From Cyanophyceae cyanobacterium (GTDB taxonomy: Bacteria > Cyanobacteriota > Cyanobacteriia > Cyanobacteriales > JBHJGN01): 64,000 nucleotides of DNA. The stretch's first letter is position 1, and each line of letters starts with the position of its first letter. Of this stretch, positions 1-10,342 are shown one piece after another. The stretch is taken from the NCBI GenBank assembly GCA_050331735.1, contig JBHJGN010000015.1:32001-96000 (forward strand), in the 5' to 3' direction. Position numbers and translations under genes: made by a program. The notes beneath the pieces were generated by a model, which saw only the letters and a program-made list of their open reading frames with translations, was not told where the DNA came from and did not search any database.

Positions 1-3000
1 CAACTAGCTGGTATTAGCGTCACGCGGGAGTATCGTATCATTCAGCCAAACGGCAATCTGCGCTGGGTCTTCGCTCAAATCAATCCGGTTAAAGATGAAG
101 CGGGCCATGTCGTCAGATTTATCGGCGTTGCGGAAGATATCACCGAGCGCAAACAAGCCGAAGAAGCGCTGCGACAGAATCAACTACGGCTCCAGCAGCT
201 CTCCACTTCTGTTCCGGCTTTTCTCTACACCGTGGTGCAGCGGGTAGAGGGGTCGTTGCAGTTCGAGTACGTCAGTTCAGAAGTCGAAACCATCTACGAA
301 ATTGCCCCAGAACGCGCTCTGCAAGATGCGAACTTGATTTATCAACAGATCTTTCCCGCAGACCGCAAACTATTTTTTGAACGGGTTCGGCAAACGGTTC
401 AGATGCTCGCCCCGTTTCGTCACGAATGGCAAATTGTTACTCCATCAGGCCAGGGCAAATGGATCCAGGCAGCGGCCCAAACCGAACGCCGCTCTGACGG
501 CTCAGTAGCGTGGCACGGCGTGATGCTCGATGTTAGCGATCGCAAACAAGCAGAAGCCGCCCTTCAGCAAAGTGAGGCCACCCTCCGTAGTTTCTTCAAT
601 AGTTCTCCCTTGATGATGGGGGTGGTCGAAGTGCTCGACCACAATATCCGACACATTACCGACAATGCTGCCACCGCAGAATTATTCGGTCTCACTCCTC
701 CCCAGATGCACCACCGCTTAGCCAGTGAACTGGGGATGTCATCCCAGTACATCGAACTCTGGCTGCACCACTATCGCGAGAGTGGGCAGACCGGAAAACC
801 AACTCAGTTTGAATACCTTCACGCCGCTGAATCCGACTACTGGCTCTCTGCTACAGTGGCTCCCGTTGACGGCGCAGCCGAGCAAAATCGCTTTGCCTAC
901 ATCGTGGAAGACATTACCCGGCGCAAGCAGGCGGAAATGGAACTGCAACAGACTTACCAGCGCTTGCAGTTTCATATTGAGAACACGCCGCTGGCGGTGA
1001 TCGAGTGGGACCGTGAGTTCCGAGTACAGCGCTGGTCACCTCAAGCAGCCGAGATGTTTGGCTGGCAGGCCGAGGAAGTGGTGGGCAAGCACTGGTCTGA
1101 CTGGCGGTTTGTCTCTGAAGCGGATTTGGAAGCAGTCACCCTATCAGCGCAACGATTGCTCAACGGTGGCGACCCCCGGAATTTTAGCTGCAACCGGAAC
1201 TATACCCGCTCTGGAGCGCTTGTTTACTGCGAGTGGTACAACTCCGCCCTCCACGATGAGGCGGGGGAGGTGGTTTCGATTCTCTCCTTGGTGCAAAATG
1301 CCACTGTCCGCCATCAGGCAGAGAGCCGGCTGCACGAGCGCGAGCAGTTTTTACGCTCTATCTATAACGGAGTCGAGCAGGCCATTTTTGTCGTTGACGT
1401 GACTCCCGCCCGGAACTTCCGTTACGCTGACTGGAACCCAGCGGCGGCTGGAGCAATTGGTAAGAGGGCTGCGGAAATCGCCGATAAAACCTTTGAGGAG
1501 GTGTTAGAGCCAAAACTAGCGGCTTTAGCGCGGGATCGGTTTACGTCCTGCCTGCGCAGCGGAAATACCCTCGTGCAGGAAGATTACCTCGACGTAGCCG
1601 GAGGAACCTGGTGGCTACATACGCTGACTCCGTTACGCGACGGCCAAGGAGAGATCTATCGGATCGTCGGTACGGCAAGTAACATAACCGAGCGCAAACA
1701 CATCGAGCAAGAGCGCGATCGCCTGCTTCAGCGCGTCGAGAAACACAACCAAATTTTAGAAAGCTGCGTTGAGGAACGGACGGCGAAGCTAACACAGATC
1801 AACAGACAACTAGAGCAAGAAATTAGTGATCGCCAGCAGGCCGAGATGGCCCTGCGGGACAGCGAGGAGAGATATCGCCTGATCTTTAACCAAGCCGCAG
1901 TGGGCATTGCTCAAACGACAGTAGAGGGTCGGTATCTCAAGGTTAATCACAAGCTGACTGAAATTTTGGGGTATTCCGCAGCGGAACTGTACCAAAATGT
2001 TACGACTTTTGAGATCACCCACCCCGATGACCGCGCCATTTCCTACGAGTACATGCATCGGATTGTGACCGGGGAGCTCGAATCTTACTCGTTAGAGAAG
2101 CGCTACCTGCGCAAAGATGGCTTGCCAATTTGGGTCCAAATCTTTATTACGCTGCTGCGCGACAGCGCCGGGAACCCGCAGTACTTTATCAAGGTAATTG
2201 AAGACATCAGTGCTCGCAAGCAAACCGAGCAGGCGCTCAGCTTGAGCGAGCGCAAGTTTCGAGGAGCCTTCGACACGATCGCGGTGGGCATGGCTATTGT
2301 AGCCATCACGGGAGGTTTTGTAGAGGTTAATGCGGCCCTGTGCCAGATGCTGGGGTACTCCGAAACCGAGTTACTGGGTTTATCATTTGCGGAAATTACT
2401 CATCCAGAAGACCACAACACCGACCAAGATTTTTGGGAGCAACTGATGACTGGAGCCATCCCTACCTATCAAGCAGAAAAACGCTATCTCCGCCAAGATG
2501 GACAGGCGGTGTGGGGATGGCTCAGTATTTCTCTCATTCACTCTACCGGTCAACCGCTGTTTTTAATTGCTCAGATTCAGGATATTACTGAGCGCAAACG
2601 CTCTGAAGCAGTTCTGCATCAAAAGCTTGAGCAGGAGCAACTCACCACGGCAGTGGCCCAACATATTCGCACCTCTCTCGATCTTGACCAGATCCTCAAA
2701 ACCGCTGTGCAGGAAGTGCGGCAACTGCTGCAGGCCGATCGGGTATCGGTGTTTCGGGTGACTCCCGAGCGGTTTGGCCGGGTGATTGCCGAAGCCTTGA
2801 TGCCGGGACAGCCCTCAATTCTGGGGATGGAGTTTCCGGACGAACAGTTTCCCGTCGAGTACTACGACCTCTACAGCGACGGCCACGCTCGCATCGTCCC
2901 CAACGTAGCCACCGACGCCATTGCCCACTGCATCGCTGAGTTTTTGGTGGAGTTGGGGGTGCGGTCGAAACTATCGGTGCCAATTATCCAAGGGCAATCT

Positions 3001-3774
3001 TTATGGGGCGTGATGACGGTGCATCACTGCTCCGCCACCGAGCGCTGCTGGCAGTCTTGGGAGCTAGAGCTCATCGAGGGACTGGCTTTACAGTTGGCGA
3101 TCGCCATTCAGCAATCGGAGCTATACCAACAGCTTCAGAACGAATTGAGCCTTAAAGAACGGTCTCTGCGCGAAAAGACGGTGCTGCTCAAAGAAGTGCA
3201 TCACCGCGTGAAGAATAACTTGCAGGTCATTTCCAGCCTGCTGTGGATGCAGTCTCAGCAGGTGCGGAACGAGCCTGCGTTGCAGTTATTCAAAGATGCC
3301 CAAAGTCGGGTACAGACCCTGGCTCTGATTCACGAACAGCTTTATCAAACTGAGGATTTAGCTCAAGTTAATTTTGGCGAGTATCTCCAAACGCTGGCGA
3401 GCAAGCTCTTCCGCTCCTACGGCATCGAGCAGCAGGCGATCGCGCTTCAGATTGAGGTGGATGCCGCCCCCCTGAGCCTAGAAGCGGCGATTCCCTGCGG
3501 CCTGATTGTTAACGAACTGGTGTCTAACTCGCTCAAGTATGCGTTTCCTGAGCAGCGAGCGGGTGCCATCTCCCTGCGGCTCCAGACCAATGCTTGCGGG
3601 CAGTTTGTGCTGAGCGTTAGCGATAACGGCGTAGGCTTGCCTCAGACCCCTCCTCAGAAATCTCTCGGGCTGATTGTGGTAGACGATCTCGTTGAACAAC
3701 TGAATGGTAGGATTGAGCTGGAGTGTAACAATGGTACCTGCTTTAGAATTGTTTTCCCCAATTCAGCGCGCTGA
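1..3774 (+). CDS. Multi-PAS/PAC + GAF sensor histidine kinase (HisKA_2-type), 5' truncated by window
   Basis: Frame open from base 1 (EYRIIQPNGNLRWV...EDITERKQAE = PAC); repeated DITxRKQxE PAC ends; GAF ~2677-3117; H-box LLKEVHHRVKNNLQVI; NELVSNSLKYAF and DNGVG ATPase motifs. Confidence 0.93.
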   Translation, partial: QLAGISVTREYRIIQPNGNLRWVFAQINPVKDEAGHVVRFIGVAEDITERKQAEEALRQNQLRLQQLSTSVPAFLYTVVQRVEGSLQFEYVSSEVETIYEIAPERALQDANLIYQQIFPADRKLFFERVRQTVQMLAPFRHEWQIVTPSGQGKWIQAAAQTERRSDGSVAWHGVMLDVSDRKQAEAALQQSEATLRSFFNSSPLMMGVVEVLDHNIRHITDNAATAELFGLTPPQMHHRLASELGMSSQYIELWLHHYRESGQTGKPTQFEYLHAAESDYWLSATVAPVDGAAEQNRFAYIVEDITRRKQAEMELQQTYQRLQFHIENTPLAVIEWDREFRVQRWSPQAAEMFGWQAEEVVGKHWSDWRFVSEADLEAVTLSAQRLLNGGDPRNFSCNRNYTRSGALVYCEWYNSALHDEAGEVVSILSLVQNATVRHQAESRLHEREQFLRSIYNGVEQAIFVVDVTPARNFRYADWNPAAAGAIGKRAAEIADKTFEEVLEPKLAALARDRFTSCLRSGNTLVQEDYLDVAGGTWWLHTLTPLRDGQGEIYRIVGTASNITERKHIEQERDRLLQRVEKHNQILESCVEERTAKLTQINRQLEQEISDRQQAEMALRDSEERYRLIFNQAAVGIAQTTVEGRYLKVNHKLTEILGYSAAELYQNVTTFEITHPDDRAISYEYMHRIVTGELESYSLEKRYLRKDGLPIWVQIFITLLRDSAGNPQYFIKVIEDISARKQTEQALSLSERKFRGAFDTIAVGMAIVAITGGFVEVNAALCQMLGYSETELLGLSFAEITHPEDHNTDQDFWEQLMTGAIPTYQAEKRYLRQDGQAVWGWLSISLIHSTGQPLFLIAQIQDITERKRSEAVLHQKLEQEQLTTAVAQHIRTSLDLDQILKTAVQEVRQLLQADRVSVFRVTPERFGRVIAEALMPGQPSILGMEFPDEQFPVEYYDLYSDGHARIVPNVATDAIAHCIAEFLVELGVRSKLSVPIIQGQSLWGVMTVHHCSATERCWQSWELELIEGLALQLAIAIQQSELYQQLQNELSLKERSLREKTVLLKEVHHRVKNNLQVISSLLWMQSQQVRNEPALQLFKDAQSRVQTLALIHEQLYQTEDLAQVNFGEYLQTLASKLFRSYGIEQQAIALQIEVDAAPLSLEAAIPCGLIVNELVSNSLKYAFPEQRAGAISLRLQTNACGQFVLSVSDNGVGLPQTPPQKSLGLIVVDDLVEQLNGRIELECNNGTCFRIVFPNSAR

Positions 3775-3784
3775 GGAGCCGTCC

Positions 3785-4870
3785 TTGACACCAACAACGA
3801 TCCTGATTGTTGAAGATGAAAGGCTAGTGGCAAGGCATCTTAAAACGGTTCTAGAGTTCATGGGCTACAATGTTTTGGCCCTGGTTGCTTCTGGAGAAGA
3901 AGCCGTTGAGCAAGCGCGCTCTTTGCAGCCAGATTTGGTTCTCATGGATATTTGGCTCGCAGGCGAACTAGACGGCATCGCCGCCGCAAAAACCATGCAG
4001 GCCCATCGCGTTCCTGTCGTTTTTCTCACCGCCTACGGCGATGAGGCCACTCTCGGACGGGCTAAGCTGACTCAGCCCTATGGCTATGTTCTGAAGCCGT
4101 TTGAGGAACGAGAACTGCGCGTCACCCTCGAAATTGCCGTGCAGCGAGCCCTAGCCGAGGAGCGTATGCGTCAGGCCCTCAAAAAAGAACAGGAACTCAG
4201 AGAACACCAGCGGCGTTTCTTTTCGATGGTTTCCCATGAATTTCGGACGCCCCTAAGCACGATCTTGATGTCCGCCCAGATTTTAGAACATACTCACGAA
4301 ATCACCAGTCAAAAGATTGCCAAGAATTTAGCTCGCATTCAAAAATCTGTTAAACGCGCTCTTCGCTTAGTCGAAGATATTTTAGCGATCAACCGGGTGG
4401 CTCACCATCAGATTCAGGTGTCGCCTCAAAAATTCGATCTCGAAAAATTTTGTCAAAGTGTTATTGCAGAAGCTCACCCGGAGACGGAGCGCCCACCCAT
4501 TACTTTGGACATGCAGTGTCAGAATCAATTTGTCTGCCTTGACAAACATCTGCTCCACTCGATCCTCATCAACCTTTGCTCCAACGCGGTTAAGTATTCT
4601 CCCGCCGACAGCCGCATCACGTTATCGGTAGACTATCAATCTCGGCTCATTTTTCTAGTGCAGGACGAGGGCATTGGCATTCCGTCAGCCGATTTATCTC
4701 AGGTGTTTGAACCTTTTCACCGAGGCAGTAACGCTCATCCTCAAACGGGCTCCGGTTTGGGGCTGACAGTTGTCAAACACTATGTTGAGCTACTGGGTGG
4801 CAACATTAGGGTCAATAGCCAAGTGGGCATCGGCACGACGTTTACGGTCACGCTGCCATTAAGGGAGTAA
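3785..4870 (+). CDS. Hybrid response regulator/histidine kinase (REC-HisKA-HATPase)
   Basis: ILIVEDE, PDLVLMDI, FLTA, KPF receiver motifs; SHEFRTPL H-box; NAVKYS, DEGIGI, GSGLGL. TTG start at 3785 chosen from GAGGAG RBS at 3773-3778. Confidence 0.92.
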   Translation: MTPTTILIVEDERLVARHLKTVLEFMGYNVLALVASGEEAVEQARSLQPDLVLMDIWLAGELDGIAAAKTMQAHRVPVVFLTAYGDEATLGRAKLTQPYGYVLKPFEERELRVTLEIAVQRALAEERMRQALKKEQELREHQRRFFSMVSHEFRTPLSTILMSAQILEHTHEITSQKIAKNLARIQKSVKRALRLVEDILAINRVAHHQIQVSPQKFDLEKFCQSVIAEAHPETERPPITLDMQCQNQFVCLDKHLLHSILINLCSNAVKYSPADSRITLSVDYQSRLIFLVQDEGIGIPSADLSQVFEPFHRGSNAHPQTGSGLGLTVVKHYVELLGGNIRVNSQVGIGTTFTVTLPLRE

Positions 4871-4960
4871 GTCCCTCCGGGACGGGGAAGCGGTGCGACC
4901 CAGCGCCGCCGGAAGGCGCACTGGGTAGCGCACCAAGACAGGGAAAGGGGGAAAGGGACC
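4871..4960. repeat. Hairpin/GGGGAAA dispersed repeat plus a long GC-rich stem-loop between convergent genes
   Basis: GTCCC-TCC-GGGAC at 4871-4883 abutting the TAA; GGTGCG-ACCCAG-CGCC...GGCG-CA-CTGGGT-AG-CGCACC stem; GGGAAAGGGGGAAAGGG. Confidence 0.8.
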
Positions 4961-5023
4961 ACTCTAAGAGTCATCACTCCAGACTGGCGACCTCGCTGTT
5001 TCCTCTTCAATATCTAGCGACAC

Positions 5024-6253
5024 TTACTCCCAGCGAATTGCTTCTTCCTTGCCCTGGAGCGCCGCAGTCACGATTTGGTAAAGCCATTTGGCTTCGTGAT
5101 GAAGGTTAAACTCCTGTTCTACCTTCGTCCGACCATTTTTCCCGAGTCGAGTCCGCAGGTCGGCATCGCTCAGAAGCTTGTGAATTTTGTCTGCTAGCGC
5201 ACCGGCATCTCCGGGAGGAACCAAGTAACCATTGATGCCTTCTTCTACCAGTTCGCTCACGCCGGCAATGCGAGTGGTGACGACAGGAACCCCAGCCGCC
5301 AGCGCTTCCATCAGCACCACCGGCAACCCTTCTGCAAAGCTAGGCAGCACGAAAACATCGGCAGTCTGCATATACTGACGGACTTCTGCCTGAGACTTGT
5401 AGCCGACCAACTCTACATTATCAGTCAGCTCTAATCTCGCGATCGCCGCTTCTAGCTCAGCTCGCTCGGAGCCATCGCCGACTAGAGTTAGAATAACGTC
5501 AGGATAAGTCTGTTTGAGAATGGCGAGGCTGTCAAATAACACGGGTAAGCCCTTGGTCGCGGCTAGCCGTCCGACAAACAGCAGACGGCCCTGCTGTTGG
5601 CGATGAGTAACGATGGTAAAGAGGCTCGGGTCGATCCCGCAGTGAACAATGTGCAGGCGATTCCAGGTTTCCGGTGGCGCGAACAACATGCACTGACTGC
5701 GGCAGAAGTGGCTGATGCAGGACACAAACAAAGCTCGCTGAATCTTGGCGTCCAAACGCCAGCGATAGGGTTCAAAAAAAATGTAGGGGCCGTGGATGGT
5801 AAAGCTAAAGGTAAACCCTCCCAGTTCAGCCGCGAGCATCGCTACGCTACAGCTAGAGTCGGCCAAATGATTGTGCAAATGCTCAATATCCTGCTTATGC
5901 ATCTGTTCAGCAACGATTCCGGCTTCAGCGAAGTAAAACAGTTGGTAGAGAGCCTTGAGCAGACCATCTGGGCAAGTTAACCACGCTAGCTTCAGGGCTC
6001 GCCAGTAGTGACCCGGTTTGGCGAGCAGGAGTAATAAATGCGCCCGCACCAGAGCCACCGGATGAGCGGGCAGGATATAGAAGGTGCGATCACGTTCTGT
6101 CTGCTGTTCGGGGCCAACCAGGTGTTCGTCTCCGGTTCTCCGGACCGAGAAAGTCTGCACCTCTACCCCTTGCTCGCGCAGCGTCATCACTTCCCGCTGA
6201 ATAAAAGTATCTGTTGCCCGAGGATATTCCCCGGTTAGATAGGCGATGCGCAT
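5024..6253 (-). CDS. Glycosyltransferase family 4 (WcaL-like)
   Basis: YPRATDTFIQREV N-terminus, FVGRL..KG, PSFAEGLPVVLMEA (E-x7-E). Confidence 0.92.
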   Translation of the reverse strand: MRIAYLTGEYPRATDTFIQREVMTLREQGVEVQTFSVRRTGDEHLVGPEQQTERDRTFYILPAHPVALVRAHLLLLLAKPGHYWRALKLAWLTCPDGLLKALYQLFYFAEAGIVAEQMHKQDIEHLHNHLADSSCSVAMLAAELGGFTFSFTIHGPYIFFEPYRWRLDAKIQRALFVSCISHFCRSQCMLFAPPETWNRLHIVHCGIDPSLFTIVTHRQQQGRLLFVGRLAATKGLPVLFDSLAILKQTYPDVILTLVGDGSERAELEAAIARLELTDNVELVGYKSQAEVRQYMQTADVFVLPSFAEGLPVVLMEALAAGVPVVTTRIAGVSELVEEGINGYLVPPGDAGALADKIHKLLSDADLRTRLGKNGRTKVEQEFNLHHEAKWLYQIVTAALQGKEEAIRWE

Positions 6254-6365
6254 AGTTTTTAGGTCGTAGAAATCATTCAGTTAAGTAGGCAGAAGAACTA
6301 TCAAATTTGTCCCCAACTCCCGACTGACCCGCCTTCATCGGTCAACAGGGTCAGCGAGCCTAGTC

Positions 6366-7349
6366 TCAACCCAACTCGGCCCGACTACAGCGTTCTAGAG
6401 CCGAGTCGAGGGCATACTGAGGCTGCCAGTTGAGGGTGCGCTTCGCCTGAGTGTTATCGTACCGCAGGGGCTTGAAACGCGCGTGAAGCCTTGCTGGAAC
6501 TAAAATGCCTGGAAGTTTGGCTCTACCGCCAAGCAGCCTTCGATTACACCAGTCTACTGTCCCCGCTAAAGCATTCATCGCCCCCCAACTAATCGAAATC
6601 GTGCGCGGTTTCGAGGGCAAATGCTGCATGACTTTAGCGGCATACTCCTGCTGCGTTGGTAGCTCGTCGTCTACTAAATTAATCGTTTTTCCAATGGCTG
6701 CTTCGCTGTCAGCGGCTAGCACCACCGCCTCGGCACAATTTTCCACGTAGATCAGAGGAACCTGGGCGTCTGTCCCGATGCGGAGCCAGAGATTCCGCGC
6801 CTTGGCTCCTAAGTAGGCGTTCCAGAGGCGATCGCGCCCGTAGACGATTCCTGGACGCAGAATCGTAACCTGGCCTCCCTGGTGTTCAAAGTGGCGGACG
6901 AGCTGCTCTTGCAGCAGCTTCGTTTGGGCATACACATCCCGGTGCTGAGGAACGCTCTCTAGGGGAGACTCTTCTCGAATCGTTGTTCCCGGAGCACACC
7001 GAAGATAATCATAAACGGAGAAGGTGCTGATAGCAACGAGTCGCCGCACCTCCGCCTTCTGCATCGCCTCGAGCAGCGTCTCCGTTGCCGTCACGGTTCC
7101 AGCTAACTGCTGGTCGTAGCTGCCGCCAGTGACAGCGGCGAGGTGAATCACCACATCCATGCCTTTTACGACCTCCGCATCTCCTCGCAAATCGACGTTG
7201 ACCACTTCCACCGCCGGGTGGCCCTGCCAAGGAAGCGCCGCGCGGCTTGTTAATCCGATGGCTGCCCTCACCTGATACCCTCGTCGCAGCGCTTCTTGCA
7301 CGACGTATTTCCCAATAAAGCCTGACGCTCCCGTTACCAGCATCCTCAT
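6366..7349 (-). CDS. NAD-dependent epimerase/dehydratase
   Basis: VTGASGFIG, VIHLAA, YAQTK (YxxxK), LRPGIVYG; start at MRMLV after AAGGAG. Confidence 0.9.
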   Translation of the reverse strand: MRMLVTGASGFIGKYVVQEALRRGYQVRAAIGLTSRAALPWQGHPAVEVVNVDLRGDAEVVKGMDVVIHLAAVTGGSYDQQLAGTVTATETLLEAMQKAEVRRLVAISTFSVYDYLRCAPGTTIREESPLESVPQHRDVYAQTKLLQEQLVRHFEHQGGQVTILRPGIVYGRDRLWNAYLGAKARNLWLRIGTDAQVPLIYVENCAEAVVLAADSEAAIGKTINLVDDELPTQQEYAAKVMQHLPSKPRTISISWGAMNALAGTVDWCNRRLLGGRAKLPGILVPARLHARFKPLRYDNTQAKRTLNWQPQYALDSALERCSRAELG

Positions 7350-7424
7350 GCGGGACTTCTCCTTGTGCCGTATCACTATTTGAAACCAGAGATTCTTGAC
7401 AATCAACAACAGAATCTCACGTCT

Positions 7425-8429
7425 TCAGGTTTCAGTTGCCGACTTATACTCAATCAAAGTGGCTGGCTGACCGCGCCACTGGGTGAGCCAGTATCTGCTC
7501 TGACCGATCACCTGAGGGAGTTTAGAGAGCACACACCAAAAGGCATAGGTTTTGGCATGTTGGGGAGAGTCGCCATACTCACAGCGATGGCGGTAAATGC
7601 GCCATCCCAGCAGTAAATAGGCCACCAGCAACAGCAAACTCACGCCAAAGGTAAACGGGAGCAGCATTAGAGCGGTGATAGGCAGCAAAGCTCCCCACAG
7701 CCAGCCGCTCAGATGCTCTCGCCTCATATATTGTTCTGGAGAATTGCCGTACATCGCCACTCCTTCGGCGATGGCCCAGCCGCCACGAATCGAGCGCTTC
7801 CACCACTGACTCACCTTGGTCATGGCTGCGTCATGGAGAGTCATATCAACATTAAGTCGCTGAATTTTCCAGCCTCGATTTCGCAACCGGATGCACATTT
7901 CTGGCTCCTCGCCGCAGATCAGAGTTGGATTAAACCCGTTTACTTCCTGAATCGCCCAAATGCGCATCAGCGCATCCCCACCACAGGCCTTAGCTTCTCC
8001 TATCGGCGTATTCCATTCCATATCCGCCAGTCGATTGTAGGGCGATGCCTCGGGAAACCGTTCCCGGCGTCGTCCACAGGCGATCGCCAACTGTTGGTTC
8101 TCATCGAGGGCAGTCTGCGCCGCCTCGAGCCATCCCGGCAGCAGTTCGCAGTCTCCATCGATAAACTGAACGTATTCCAGCTCGCTGTTGTGTTCAGTTA
8201 AGTCATCAAATCCGGCGTTCCGTCCTCGCGCCATCGTAAAGGGGAGCGACATATCTAAATGAATCACCTTCACTCCTAACGACTCTGCTCTAGCGGGACT
8301 GCCATCGGTTGACCCAGAATCAACGTAGACAATTGGCCCGTCAGGAAGCTGGGTCTTGAGTGACTTCAAACAGCGAATCAGACGCTCGCCCTCATTCCTG
8401 CCAATAGCAACCACCCCAATCCGGCTCAT
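7425..8429 (-). CDS. Glycosyltransferase family 2
   Basis: IGRNEGERL, VDSGSTDGS, FIDGDC (DxD), CGEEPE, C-terminal TM segment. Confidence 0.92.
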   Translation of the reverse strand: MSRIGVVAIGRNEGERLIRCLKSLKTQLPDGPIVYVDSGSTDGSPARAESLGVKVIHLDMSLPFTMARGRNAGFDDLTEHNSELEYVQFIDGDCELLPGWLEAAQTALDENQQLAIACGRRRERFPEASPYNRLADMEWNTPIGEAKACGGDALMRIWAIQEVNGFNPTLICGEEPEMCIRLRNRGWKIQRLNVDMTLHDAAMTKVSQWWKRSIRGGWAIAEGVAMYGNSPEQYMRREHLSGWLWGALLPITALMLLPFTFGVSLLLLVAYLLLGWRIYRHRCEYGDSPQHAKTYAFWCVLSKLPQVIGQSRYWLTQWRGQPATLIEYKSATET

Positions 8430-8571
8430 TGTAATTAACCTTTGACTTATGATAATAGTTTGCTTGGCTCTCGAAGATACTAAGCAGTTTCTTTTCTCCT
8501 GTCAAGATTCATGGGCTACTTTCTCTAGAAAGCAATGGGAGACGCCGACTCCTCTCGGTTCTTGAGCTTGA

Positions 8572-8958
8572 TTAATTTGCCTTGAGGCTCACGTACTGCC
8601 GCAGGCTCAATAAACTGAGCGTTTGTCCTAAATTGAGAGGAAGCAGAGTAATTCCTTCAATGCGCGACTGAACCCATCTATCTCCCCAGTACCATTCGTG
8701 GTAGCCATCAATTCCTTTGCTAAGTAACAGGCGCAAAGTCTGCTCGTCTGCTCTCTCTACCTGATGCTCAATCGCAACGGGACCAACCCAGCTAGTAAAT
8801 GTTGTTCCAGTCTGAAGCTGCTCGGGAACCCCAGGAGAAAAGCGCCGGAACCAAAGCCACTGGCTCAATTGCTCAGTCTTGAGCAAACTGTTACCCAGTG
8901 TTTCTTTGCTAGCCTCAACTTCAATGCGAATCTGACTCTGTTGAAAAGTACCAAACAT
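8572..8958 (-). CDS. Conserved hypothetical protein (possibly SRPBCC-like fold)
   Basis: 128-aa ORF with protein-like composition, GIDGYHEWYWG motif. Confidence 0.7.
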   Translation of the reverse strand: MFGTFQQSQIRIEVEASKETLGNSLLKTEQLSQWLWFRRFSPGVPEQLQTGTTFTSWVGPVAIEHQVERADEQTLRLLLSKGIDGYHEWYWGDRWVQSRIEGITLLPLNLGQTLSLLSLRQYVSLKAN

Positions 8959-9187
8959 AATGCCTGCCTATCCGGAAACCAACCTCTTGTTACTATTGTG
9001 CCTTTTTCACCGCTCCCCGTTAGTTGAGTCGGCAGAAAAAATGCTTCAGGCTTTTACCCAACTGCCACACTCCCAACGACCCCGTTAGCGATGGGCTGCC
9101 TTCTTCAAATTCCCGGTTGATTCACTGTTTCTTAACCTTTCGTTACGTTAGCCTAGAAAAGAGATCATTTACTCTTAGATAAAGATC

Positions 9188-10096
9188 ATGGCTGATCAAT
9201 TAATTCGCGCGACGGCAGCAGACGGTGGCATTAGAGCAGTAGGAACGATTACAACTCGCCTGAGCGAGGAAGCGCGACAGCGACACAAGCTTTCTTATGT
9301 AGCGACCGCAGCCTTAGGACGGGCAATGTCTTCCGGGTTATTGCTGGCCTCTAGCATGAAGCGAGAAGGGTCTCGAGTGAATATCCGCATCAAAGGCTCC
9401 GGACCTCTCGGCGGACTTTTAGTCGATGCTGGTCTAGACGGAACGGTTCGTGGCTATGTCGAGAATCCGGGTGTTGAGTTGCCTCCCAATTCCGTCGGCA
9501 AGCTCGACGTTGGCGGAGCAATTGGTAGGGACGGTTATTTATACGTTGTTCGAGATGTGGGCTACGGCTATCCCTACTCGAGTACCGTTGAATTGGTATC
9601 TGGAGAGGTTGGAGATGATGTTGCTCACTACCTAGTCACTTCCGAACAAACACCATCTGCTTTGCTGGTGGGGGTTTTTGTCGGTGCCGAAGGCGTGGCG
9701 GCCTCCGGGGGACTGCTGCTCCAGGTTTTACCAAAAGCGGCTAGAGACGAGCAGTTAATCGAGCTGTTGGAGTCTCGGGTCGGTCAGCTATCAGGATTTA
9801 CGCCACTCCTACAGGCCGGAAAAACACTGCCAGAAATCTTTGAGCACCTGCTTGGCGATCTGGGGCTGACCATTCTTCCAGAAGTGCAGATGGTTCGGTT
9901 TGATTGCGGCTGTTCTTTCCATCGCGTTTTAGGAGCTTTAAAGATGCTGGGTGAAAGTGAACTCCAGGACATGATTGAAAAGGATCGAGGAGCCGAAGCC
10001 ACCTGTCAGTTTTGCGGGGAAGTTTATCAAGCTAGTAGCGAACAGCTAGAGCAATTGATCGACGATTTGCGTACCGAATCTGTCGCTCGGCAGTAG
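9188..10096 (+). CDS. hslO: Hsp33 redox-regulated chaperone
   Basis: MADQLIRATAADGGIRA start, YLVTSEQTPS, Zn motif CGC...CQFC. Confidence 0.96.
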   Translation: MADQLIRATAADGGIRAVGTITTRLSEEARQRHKLSYVATAALGRAMSSGLLLASSMKREGSRVNIRIKGSGPLGGLLVDAGLDGTVRGYVENPGVELPPNSVGKLDVGGAIGRDGYLYVVRDVGYGYPYSSTVELVSGEVGDDVAHYLVTSEQTPSALLVGVFVGAEGVAASGGLLLQVLPKAARDEQLIELLESRVGQLSGFTPLLQAGKTLPEIFEHLLGDLGLTILPEVQMVRFDCGCSFHRVLGALKMLGESELQDMIEKDRGAEATCQFCGEVYQASSEQLEQLIDDLRTESVARQ

Positions 10097-10342
10097 TAGG
10101 CGCATGAAGGAGTGCAGCCTCCACGAATAGAATCGGGGACGAGATCAACAGGCCAACGATAGAGCTGACCCCCGTGCTTCCTGGTCAAGCTCGCAAAGAC
10201 GTTAAGCTCGCATGGTATTCTCAGCGACCTGTTAACGCTTTACTGAGCGACATTCTTATTTTTGGGGATGATATGATGAATTAGCTGTTAACATCATCTA
10301 CTAAAAAGCGTTGGCGATCGCAGATGAACGAGCGCACCAACT

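Noticed and set aside
564..3699. Many 60-130 aa antisense or alternate-frame ORFs inside long genes throughout the window
   Set aside because: Shadow ORFs with no recognisable motifs, fully overlapping well-supported CDSs.
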